This document shows, in pieces, positions 38,285 through 46,359 of a stretch of DNA of 64,000 nucleotides. Within the stretch, counting starts at the first letter, position 1. Every line of letters starts with the position of its first letter. The notes beneath the pieces are model-generated. The model saw nothing but the letters and a program-made list of their open reading frames with translations, had not been told where the DNA came from and ran no database searches. The DNA is taken from NCBI GenBank assembly GCA_902619265.1, contig CACNDL010000003.1:575-64574 (forward strand), written 5' to 3'. The DNA is from an uncultured SAR86 cluster bacterium (GTDB taxonomy: Bacteria > Pseudomonadota > Gammaproteobacteria > Magnimaribacterales > TMED112). Made by a program: the position numbers and the translations under genes.

Positions 38285-38431
38285 ATGAATTCAAAAGACA
38301 AGAAAACCTGGACCACGCCTGAAGTTAAAGATCTAGGCGATGCCAAGGATATAATCAAAGGTTTCTCTCCTGAAGACCCAAAAGTTCCAGGTGGGGGTGA
38401 TGGGGCTCTTGCTGGTGCCTCAGACGCATAA
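38285..38431 (+). CDS. Lasso-peptide precursor (A peptide), 48 aa: MNSKDKKTWTTPEVKDLGDAKDIIKGFSPEDPKVPGGGDGALAGASDA
   Basis: Small ORF between the cyclase and the kinase. The leader carries W-x-x-P-x-V-x3-G with the spacing of RRE-binding lasso leaders. ATG 38285 is preferred over the TTG 38249 of the ORF track. Confidence 0.65.
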   Translation: MNSKDKKTWTTPEVKDLGDAKDIIKGFSPEDPKVPGGGDGALAGASDA

Positions 38432-38440
38432 CTTAAAACT

Positions 38441-39319
38441 TTGCTCTATAAAATTTATAACTTAATTGTTAGATCCGACCTAACTATTGATGATTTTTAT
38501 GATGTTGTTTCAGTAAACTCAAATACATTCGATGCGTCTGTTAAAAATGAAAAATTTGATTTTTTAAAAATTAGACCAAAAAAAAATTGCAATTTTGATC
38601 TTTACTCCTCAAAAAATTACACAGAAATTTACAAAAAGTCTATGGGCAAATTTAGGATAAGAAATGGAAAAGAGGTCTCCTACGAACCCTATAAAAATAT
38701 AAAACTACCAAATTTAGCAGCATATTTATTTTCAAATGTTTTTGCTTACCTTTTATATCAAAGAGGACATATCGTTCTTCATGCAAGTGCTATTGAAATT
38801 GATCAAAAAGCTTATTTTTTTTCTGGAAGGAGCGGTGTTGGGAAATCTAGTTTATTAAACAAACTCTTATCTACAGGAAATCATTTAACAGAGGATACAT
38901 GTTGTTTTGAGAAAACTAATGAAGGATTCAGTATTTTACCCTCATTGCCTTATCTAAAGTTAGGTGATGCAGATATTATTGATTTTGAACATAACAATTA
39001 CAGCACTCAATTAGATAAAAGAAATAGAAATATAATATCTTTCAAAAGAACGTCGCAAATTAAAAGGAATAAATTTACATTAGGCTTTTTTTTAAAATAT
39101 GGAAAAAAATTAAGAATTGAAAGAATTGACGATACTGAAGCTTTGAAAAACTTTTTATCAAATATGTTTGCATCCTATCCACATGAAAATTTTTTAAATG
39201 ATCAACAAGATAATCTTTTAAAAATGAGTGACATTATTAACAAAGGTATTTTTTATAATTTGTATAGAGATGAGACCTCAGACTTTGATTTGGAAGCTGT
39301 ACTAAAAATTCTTAACTAA
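38441..39319 (+). CDS. HPr kinase/phosphorylase C-terminal-domain-like kinase (lasso precursor Ser kinase candidate)
   Basis: LHASAIEIDQKAYFFSGRSGVGKSSLLNKLL reproduces the HprK P-loop context (H..a.....G.l..G.SG.GKS). 292 aa. TTG start 9 nt after the precursor stop. Confidence 0.7.
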   Translation: MLYKIYNLIVRSDLTIDDFYDVVSVNSNTFDASVKNEKFDFLKIRPKKNCNFDLYSSKNYTEIYKKSMGKFRIRNGKEVSYEPYKNIKLPNLAAYLFSNVFAYLLYQRGHIVLHASAIEIDQKAYFFSGRSGVGKSSLLNKLLSTGNHLTEDTCCFEKTNEGFSILPSLPYLKLGDADIIDFEHNNYSTQLDKRNRNIISFKRTSQIKRNKFTLGFFLKYGKKLRIERIDDTEALKNFLSNMFASYPHENFLNDQQDNLLKMSDIINKGIFYNLYRDETSDFDLEAVLKILN

Positions 39320-41261
39320 TCTCAATTAATTCAATAAGAGCTCTAAGTGATTGATCAATTTCAGCATCTAAAATGAATTCATCCTCAGAAATATAATCTT
39401 CATACTCACTAAAGTTTGCAAATTCTTCTTTTCCAGAGAGGGTTCTGCCTAAATTGACTAATTCAAGAGTATTATTTTTATCTGATTCTTTAATGGATAT
39501 TCTTTCTTCAAGGTTAAGGCTTAAAAATAAGTTGGAATCTCTTTGTTTTTTGATTTCATCAATTTTATTAAAGTATTCTGAATCATTAATTCTTTTTTGA
39601 AATGATTTTTGAAGTAAATTTGAATCAAAATTTTTAAAAGATACAAAGTAGGCTTCGTCTATATCATTTGGCTTAATTGCATTATCGTATTCACCTTCAC
39701 CTACTATTTCAGCACTAACTAATGAAGGAATTACTAAATTAGGTTCAACTCCAAATAGTTGTGTCGGCAAACCAGTAACTCTGTAATAAAGTGAATCAGT
39801 TAATTTAATTTGACCATTACCAGTTGTTTTAAACCTCTGTACACTGCCTTTTCCAAAGGTTGTTTGACCAATAATAATTCCACGATTGTAATCTTGCATT
39901 GCCCCTGCAAATATTTCAGAAGCAGATGCAGAGTATCTATTTACTAAGACAATGAGTGGCTTTTCCCAAACTTTTGTTGATCGCCAAGAATGCAATATCT
40001 CTACATCTTTTGATGGGTTCTTTACTTGAACTGTAGGACCGTAATTAATAAAAAGTCTAGTGAGAGAATCAGCTTCATGCAGATATCCTCCACCATTATT
40101 CCTTAAATCAAGAACAATTCCTTCAATATCTTGGTAATTGAATTCTCTCAAAAGCTTTTGAACATCTGATGAAGCTGTTTTGCAAACATATACATTTCGT
40201 CTTAAGCATTCATAGTCGCTGTAAAACGAAGGTAATTTTATATAACCTAACTTTCTTTTATTAAACTCAATAACTTCAGATGATGCATCACTGTTTTCAA
40301 GGGTAACTGTGCCTCTTGTAAGGTTGACTATTTCTTTTCCCTGATCGTTTTCTATTTCTAATCTAACCGTAGTACCTTCATCTCCCCTAATTAATTCAAC
40401 GATATCATCAAGACGCCAACCTATAACATTTCTAAGTCTTCCTCTTTCACCTTGTCCAACTTTGATAATCTTGTCGCCAACTTTTATTTTTTTAGATTGT
40501 ATTGCTGGCCCACCAGGCATGAGTTCTTGAATTTTTGCTTTTTCTTCTTCGTAGCTTAGTATTGCGCCAATGCCTTCGAAAGAGAGGTTCATCCTTAAAT
40601 TCCAGTTTTCGAGATCACGTTCTGAAAAATAAGACGCATGTGGATCCAACATAGATAAAAAATTATTTGCTAGGATCCCGAACCTATCTGATTCTCTAAT
40701 TTTTGAAATCGAAGACAAACGGCTTGTATAAGTCTTTTTTAATTCACTTTTTGCTTCAAAATTATTTTTATCCTCAAGGAGTAAATTGATTAACTCATTT
40801 TTAACTATTCTTCTTTGATAATCCTGTTTTTCTTGTTTATTCTGAAAAAAGCTATCCCTCGGTTTTAGGTTGATTTGCTCATTTTTATTGTAGTTGAATT
40901 CATAATTGTTTAAGAAATGTCTTCTTGTCTTTAGAGATTCTTCATACCTTTGATAGTAAAGATCAATCACTTCTTTTAGTTGCTCATAGTTTGATTTAAT
41001 CTTATTGTTCGAGTCTTTTCTAAATTTATTTAAATCTTCCTGTAAAAATGTATTTTTTTGCTTATCTAATTTCGTAATAAATTGTTCAAGAAATGTATCT
41101 TTCTCGATATCTTTACGTTCAAAATTTAGAATGGATGATTTTTCAAACTCAGATACTATGGAATTGAATTCAGCTTCGTAATTTATCTGTTCTTCTTGCT
41201 CAAATGAACAGCTAAAAAGAAATAATGCAAAAATTAAACTAAATAACGGTTTTAATGCCAT
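39312..41261 (-). CDS. S41 carboxy-terminal processing (tail-specific) protease lipoprotein with PDZ domain
   Basis: Lipobox LFLFSCS. PDZ region (GDKIIKVG). Catalytic Ser in NRYSASASEIFAGA and Lys in TFGKGSVQ. Confidence 0.85.
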   Translation of the reverse strand: MALKPLFSLIFALFLFSCSFEQEEQINYEAEFNSIVSEFEKSSILNFERKDIEKDTFLEQFITKLDKQKNTFLQEDLNKFRKDSNNKIKSNYEQLKEVIDLYYQRYEESLKTRRHFLNNYEFNYNKNEQINLKPRDSFFQNKQEKQDYQRRIVKNELINLLLEDKNNFEAKSELKKTYTSRLSSISKIRESDRFGILANNFLSMLDPHASYFSERDLENWNLRMNLSFEGIGAILSYEEEKAKIQELMPGGPAIQSKKIKVGDKIIKVGQGERGRLRNVIGWRLDDIVELIRGDEGTTVRLEIENDQGKEIVNLTRGTVTLENSDASSEVIEFNKRKLGYIKLPSFYSDYECLRRNVYVCKTASSDVQKLLREFNYQDIEGIVLDLRNNGGGYLHEADSLTRLFINYGPTVQVKNPSKDVEILHSWRSTKVWEKPLIVLVNRYSASASEIFAGAMQDYNRGIIIGQTTFGKGSVQRFKTTGNGQIKLTDSLYYRVTGLPTQLFGVEPNLVIPSLVSAEIVGEGEYDNAIKPNDIDEAYFVSFKNFDSNLLQKSFQKRINDSEYFNKIDEIKKQRDSNLFLSLNLEERISIKESDKNNTLELVNLGRTLSGKEEFANFSEYEDYISEDEFILDAEIDQSLRALIELIEIS

Positions 41262-42135
41262 ATTTTTCTTTCTCTCTTTCTATTATTTGATCTTTCTCTT
41301 CCCAAATTTCTTCTAAAAATGCTTTTAATTTATCTCTCATTTCCTGATTGTCTGTATAATCAACACCTCTGAGTTCTTCAGGTATTTTGTAAGTGTTGAT
41401 AGTTACGCTTGCCTCACGCATGTCCCCGCATAAAAAGTTCCAAAATTCTCTTTTATTAGATTTATAGACAAGTGTTACATCCGTTAAGTGGTCGATATAA
41501 GGCATTACTTCCAGGGTATAGCCCATTCCACCAATTTTTGGAGGCATTAAATTTTTAAATTTGCTTTTAGAAGCATCATATTTTTCTTTATCTATACGTG
41601 TTCCCTCTATGAAGCCTGCGACATTAGTTGGCATAATTTCGTACATTTTGCACGCACGTCTTGTAGCATTCTTATCTGTTTCTGCCAATTTTGGATTAGC
41701 TATTATTTCTTCCTTTGACCTCCTTACTACATAGGGCATACCCAAACCAAGGTTGGCAGTCCATGTTAAAGGTAGCCACCATAATTGTGATTTCATGAAA
41801 ATCCTTGGAACACTTTGCTTAAAGTTACAAAAATATAAATAAAGGAATATATCAGCCCAGCTAAGATGATTTATCGTGGTAAATTGCCAAATATCTCTTT
41901 TTAATTTCTCATCTCCATAAACTTTATAATCTGCATTATGCATCAAATCTTGTATGCGGCTATTGAAGTAAAGGTAAAGTTCTCCAAACTTTTCATTGAT
42001 CTTTAAAATATTTCTTTGAAGGGTCTTAATAGGTATAAATCTTAGAAAACCTAGCGGAGTTACAATGATAATGACTGATAGCGCGTTTATAAGCACCAAC
42101 AAAAATGTAATTACACCTCGCAAATATCTAATCAT
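41239..42135 (-). CDS. Acyltransferase (PlsC/YihG-like lysophospholipid acyltransferase family)
   Basis: N-terminal TM segment, HX4D motif (NHLSWAD) and GFIEGTR motif. Confidence 0.7.
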   Translation of the reverse strand: MIRYLRGVITFLLVLINALSVIIIVTPLGFLRFIPIKTLQRNILKINEKFGELYLYFNSRIQDLMHNADYKVYGDEKLKRDIWQFTTINHLSWADIFLYLYFCNFKQSVPRIFMKSQLWWLPLTWTANLGLGMPYVVRRSKEEIIANPKLAETDKNATRRACKMYEIMPTNVAGFIEGTRIDKEKYDASKSKFKNLMPPKIGGMGYTLEVMPYIDHLTDVTLVYKSNKREFWNFLCGDMREASVTINTYKIPEELRGVDYTDNQEMRDKLKAFLEEIWEEKDQIIEREKEKYGIKTVI

Positions 42136-42911
42136 TTAATTTTTTGCCAAACCTCTTCAAGCTGAGCAACACTCATACCATCTAATTCCAAATCATTATG
42201 CTCAGCATATTTTTCCATTGCTTTAAATCTTTGTTCAAACTTTAAATTTGATCTTCTCATTATATCTTCTGGATCTAAATCGTAATGCCTAGTTAGATTA
42301 ACAATTGTAAATAAAATATCACCAACTTCTTCTGCAAGCTTATCTTTATTATTTTTTGAGTGTTCAATTTTTAGTTCATCAAGTTCTTCTTCAATCTTAT
42401 TTATAACTTTATTGGCATCTTTCCAGTCAAAACCAATTCTTGCCGCTCTTTTTTGTAATTTTTTTGCCCTTATTAAGCTTGGTAAATTTTTTGGCACATC
42501 ATCCATTAATGAATCAAGTTTCTGGGCTTTTCTCTCTTCTGCTTTGATATCCTCCCAAATCGACAAGCTTTCTTTCGATGAAATTGCTTGCTCATTTGCA
42601 AAGACATGAGGATGTCTTCTAACAAGTTTGTCATTTAGTTCACTAATAACCTCTTTTAAATCAAATATACCTTTTTCATTGGCCATTTCTGCATGAAAAA
42701 TAACTTGAAATAACAAATCACCAAGCTCTGACTTTAATGCTTTGAAATCTTCTCTGTCGATTGCATCAGCCACCTCATATGCTTCTTCAATTGCACAGCT
42801 AGCAATAGATTTGAAAGTTTGTTCTCTATCCCAAGCACAACCAGTATCAGGATTTCGTAAGCTCCTAAAAGTTGCTATTAAATCTTCTAACTCTTTATTT
42901 AATTTGTTCAT
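42132..42911 (-). CDS. mazG: Nucleoside triphosphate pyrophosphohydrolase
   Basis: Two MazG repeats with EExYEVxDAI and ELGDLLFQV / EVGDILFTIV motifs. 259 aa. Confidence 0.9.
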   Translation of the reverse strand: MNKLNKELEDLIATFRSLRNPDTGCAWDREQTFKSIASCAIEEAYEVADAIDREDFKALKSELGDLLFQVIFHAEMANEKGIFDLKEVISELNDKLVRRHPHVFANEQAISSKESLSIWEDIKAEERKAQKLDSLMDDVPKNLPSLIRAKKLQKRAARIGFDWKDANKVINKIEEELDELKIEHSKNNKDKLAEEVGDILFTIVNLTRHYDLDPEDIMRRSNLKFEQRFKAMEKYAEHNDLELDGMSVAQLEEVWQKIK

Positions 42912-43635
42912 AAATATTTTCTAAACAATCATTAATCACTATATCAGCATAGTCATCCATAGGTGTAGGGTCTTTATTTAAAATAATTATTTTCGCACCA
43001 TTGTTCTTTGCAATTCTTACAAAATTATTTGCTGGTGATACTTTTAAAGAACTGCCTAAAACGATAAAAAACTGGCAATTTATACTGGCTTTTTCTGCTT
43101 TTTGTAATGTTTTAGAGACTAATGCTTGTCCAAACGATATAGTTGATACTTTTACAAAACCTTCTCGACATTTAGAACAAAGACAGTCTGTATCTAACTC
43201 TAAATTATCAAAGTATTCTAAAGTGTCATATTCTGCCTCACAGTGAAGACACTTGGCTTTAAAAATACTGCCATGCAATTCGATAATATTTTTTTCTTTA
43301 GCTTTATCTCTATGCAATCCATCAATATTTTGAGTAATATGAAAATTACTTGTTCCTCTGTAAATGACTCTATTTACTAAATTATGCATTTTTGTGGGTT
43401 TAATATTTTCAAGTTTTTTATGAATGGCAATGTTGTTTTGCCATGATTTCATACGATATTCCTTCGAAGAGAGAAAATCTCTGAAATGCACTGGGGAATT
43501 GCTTTTCCAAAAACCATTTTCATCGCTTCTAAAGTCAGGAAGACCAGCAGAAGTGCTTAAACCAGCACCAGAAAGAAATGTAATTTCATCTTTTTCTTCA
43601 AGGATTTGCTTTAAAGCTTTAAAATAAGTGTCCAA
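42895..43635 (-). CDS. cobB: NAD-dependent protein deacylase (sirtuin)
   Basis: GAGLSTSAGLPDFRS, TQNIDGLH, zinc Cys pairs CLHCEA...CSKCRE, GSSLKVSPA. Only a TTG start is available (43635). Confidence 0.88.
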   Translation of the reverse strand: MDTYFKALKQILEEKDEITFLSGAGLSTSAGLPDFRSDENGFWKSNSPVHFRDFLSSKEYRMKSWQNNIAIHKKLENIKPTKMHNLVNRVIYRGTSNFHITQNIDGLHRDKAKEKNIIELHGSIFKAKCLHCEAEYDTLEYFDNLELDTDCLCSKCREGFVKVSTISFGQALVSKTLQKAEKASINCQFFIVLGSSLKVSPANNFVRIAKNNGAKIIILNKDPTPMDDYADIVINDCLENIYEQIK

Positions 43636-44477
43636 TGTTTAATTATAAAAAAATTCTTGTCGTGGTATTTGATAAAAATAAATCAAATAAGGCACTTCAA
43701 GAAGTACAACAAATTTTAGCTGATAATGCTTGTGAACACGAAGTATTTCTGGAGGAGAAAGAAGCATCAGGATATAAGGGGTATGATCTAGTTTTAGTTA
43801 TTGGTGGTGATGGTTCGATGCTCTCAGCAGCCAAGCTCTTTTCACACCTTAATTGTCCATTTTTGGGCGTAAATCTAGGAAAGGTTGGTTTTATGGCTGA
43901 CCTTGATTCAGAAAATTTAACCAATGAACTGCCTGAAGTCCTGAGTGGCAAAAATTTGCTTGAAGAAAAAGAGACACTTTCTTGCATATACAATGGAGAA
44001 GAATATACCGCCTTCAACGAAATAGTTCTTCATACACAAAAAAGTTATAAGTTGATGCATTTTGAATTAAAAATAGAAGATAACTTAATTTACAGAAAAA
44101 GAGCTGACGGTTTAATCATATCTACATCCAACGGCTCAACGGCTTATTCTCTATCAGCAGGAGGACCAATTCTTTCACCTGAAGTAAAAGGCCTAGTTAT
44201 TACTTCACTTAACCCTTTATCATTATCAGCAAGGCCATTGATTGTGCCGAGTGATTCTAAGATTGAAGTCAACTTGATTAAAACTCCATCTGATTTAAAT
44301 AGCTTTATAATCATTGATGGTAATCAAGAGGTTAAGATCGAAGATAAAAAAGACTTTAAAGTTACCAAAAGTGAAAAGAGTTTTAAGTTACTGCACCCTG
44401 TAGGACATGATTTTTTCAAAACTTGCAGAGATAAGCTACATTGGAGTTTATCTAAAGATGAAAATAGCTCAAATTAA
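43635..44477 (+). CDS. nadK: NAD kinase
   Basis: GGDGSML motif, NLGKVGFM, and the ISTSNGSTAYSLSAGGP motif. Confidence 0.9.
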   Translation: MFNYKKILVVVFDKNKSNKALQEVQQILADNACEHEVFLEEKEASGYKGYDLVLVIGGDGSMLSAAKLFSHLNCPFLGVNLGKVGFMADLDSENLTNELPEVLSGKNLLEEKETLSCIYNGEEYTAFNEIVLHTQKSYKLMHFELKIEDNLIYRKRADGLIISTSNGSTAYSLSAGGPILSPEVKGLVITSLNPLSLSARPLIVPSDSKIEVNLIKTPSDLNSFIIIDGNQEVKIEDKKDFKVTKSEKSFKLLHPVGHDFFKTCRDKLHWSLSKDENSSN

Positions 44478-44501
44478 GCAACTTCTGTATAATTCACCCA
44501 G

Positions 44502-45371
44502 ATGAAAATAAAGAAAGCAGTTTTTCCAGTAGCCGGTTTTGGTACCAGGTTTTTACCAGCAACCAAATCAACCCCGAAAGAAATGTTGCCTGTTGTTGAT
44601 AAGCCACTGATTCAATATGCCGTAGAAGAAGCAAGCAAGATAGGAGTGGAAGAATTCATTTTTATAACCCATCACGCCAAGGGTTCAATTGATAAACATT
44701 TTCAAGATAATGAAGACCTATTTAATATGTTAGTAGAGCAGGGTAAAGATGATTTAGCCAACTCAATTAAAGATATTGGTGGTTCAAACGCAAAATATAT
44801 CTCTGTCGATCAAGGCGAACCAAAGGGTCTTGGCCACGCGATTGGATGTGCTGAAAATTATATTGAAGAAAATGAATTTTTTGTTGTTCTTCTTGCTGAT
44901 GATCTGATTTACACCAAAGAACGTAATGTACTAGAACAAATGAAAGAGCAAGCTGAAAAATATGGAAAACAAGTTTTAGCTTTGGAGCAAATCCCAGAAG
45001 AAGATATATCAAAATTTGGTGTTGTTGATCCTAAATCGAGTGAGGGAAGTATTTCTCATCTTAAAGGTATAGTTGAAAAGCCAGCAGCTCATGATGCACC
45101 CTCTAACTTAGCAGTTGTTGGTAGGTATTTATTCAATAAAAGTATTTTTTCTCACATTGATAAAGACAATGCTGGAAAAAATGGTGAAATTCAAATTACA
45201 GACGCAATACTTAGCAATATAGATGATTTTATTGGTTACGAGTTTGAAGGTGACAGATTTGATTGTGGAAGTAAGTTTGGTTATCTGAAGGCAAATATAG
45301 CTCTTGGTTTAGCTAATGACGAATTATCTGTAAGACTAAAAAAATATATTGAGGAAATTAAAGATTTATAA
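44502..45371 (+). CDS. galU: UTP--glucose-1-phosphate uridylyltransferase
   Basis: KAVFPVAGFGTRFLPATKSTPKEMLPVVDKPLIQY N-terminus and VEKP motif. Confidence 0.93.
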   Translation: MKIKKAVFPVAGFGTRFLPATKSTPKEMLPVVDKPLIQYAVEEASKIGVEEFIFITHHAKGSIDKHFQDNEDLFNMLVEQGKDDLANSIKDIGGSNAKYISVDQGEPKGLGHAIGCAENYIEENEFFVVLLADDLIYTKERNVLEQMKEQAEKYGKQVLALEQIPEEDISKFGVVDPKSSEGSISHLKGIVEKPAAHDAPSNLAVVGRYLFNKSIFSHIDKDNAGKNGEIQITDAILSNIDDFIGYEFEGDRFDCGSKFGYLKANIALGLANDELSVRLKKYIEEIKDL

Positions 45372-46359
45372 ATTAGCCAGAAAATTACTTTTCCTTCTCC
45401 CACCAGAACAATCACAAAATATTTCCCACTTTTTTTTAAAGCTATTTTCAGGCCTATATAAAAGCAAGCAAACACATCTTTTTGTGAAGGGCTTGAGAGT
45501 TAAAAACAGATTGGGTTTGGCTGCCGGTCTGGATAAAAACGCAAGACTAATCAACGAGTTCGATAATATCGGCTTTGGATTTGTTGAAGTTGGGACCATA
45601 ACTCCCAAAGCTCAATATGGAAATCCAAAACCTAGAATAAAAAGACTGATTTCTCACGAGTCTTTGCTTAATAGCCTCGGTTTTCCTAATGAAGGAGTCA
45701 GATCAATTAAATCCCGGCTTAAGAAGGTAAGTGGTGATATATGTCTGGGCGTGAATATCGGTCCAAATAAAGATACTCTTCCTGAGGAAGTTATAAATGA
45801 TTATTTACTTTGTTACGAAGAAGTTTTTGAATACGCTGATTTTGTCACAATAAATATTTCCTCACCAAATACACCTAATCTGCGCAGTCTTCATAACTCT
45901 GAAAACTTTAAAGCTGTGATCGATGCAATTCTAAATGAAAGAAATAGGCATCAAAAAAAACCAAAAGTATTTATTAAGATTTCACCTGATGAGGAATCTA
46001 AAACTTATACAAATCTTATTGAAACCATAAATAATAGCGCAATTGACGGTGTAATAATTTCAAATACATCAAATAATCAAAACTTGAAAAAAAGTTTAAA
46101 TGTTGCACATTTACCCGGAGGCATATCGGGCAAATCATTAAAAAATTCTTCTAATAAAATTCTCAAAGAAATTAAAACAATGATTAACAAAGAAAAAATT
46201 ATTGTTGCAGTCGGCGGTATTTTTGATGTAGATTCTTATAACGAAAAATTTGAATTAGGTGCTGACCTTGTACAAATGTATACAGGTCTTATCTATGAAG
46301 GACCAAATTTAGTTAAAAGAATTGTAAAAAATGACAAGCAAATCTCTAGTAATAGTTGA
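45349..46359 (+). CDS. pyrD: Dihydroorotate dehydrogenase (quinone), class 2
   Basis: N-terminal membrane-association helix region, GLAAGLDKN, GFVEVGTITP, NISSPNTP, catalytic Ser region ISNT. Confidence 0.9.
   Translation: MRKLKIYKLARKLLFLLPPEQSQNISHFFLKLFSGLYKSKQTHLFVKGLRVKNRLGLAAGLDKNARLINEFDNIGFGFVEVGTITPKAQYGNPKPRIKRLISHESLLNSLGFPNEGVRSIKSRLKKVSGDICLGVNIGPNKDTLPEEVINDYLLCYEEVFEYADFVTINISSPNTPNLRSLHNSENFKAVIDAILNERNRHQKKPKVFIKISPDEESKTYTNLIETINNSAIDGVIISNTSNNQNLKKSLNVAHLPGGISGKSLKNSSNKILKEIKTMINKEKIIVAVGGIFDVDSYNEKFELGADLVQMYTGLIYEGPNLVKRIVKNDKQISSNS

Larger units (their letters stand above)
33081..39319 (+). other. Lasso-peptide (RiPP) biosynthetic gene cluster: NTase, ABC-2 exporter, B1, B2, C, precursor A, kinase
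   Basis: Eight co-directional genes with gaps of at most 43 nt, or overlaps. See the individual CDS evidence. Confidence 0.8.

Noticed and set aside
38402-38431. Alternative core GALAGASDA (G40 to D47 would give an 8-membered ring)
   Set aside because: It would leave a one-residue tail (no lasso) and a 39-residue leader, with the cleavage site far from the WxxP...G recognition motif spacing. It is kept only as a remote possibility to test by MS.
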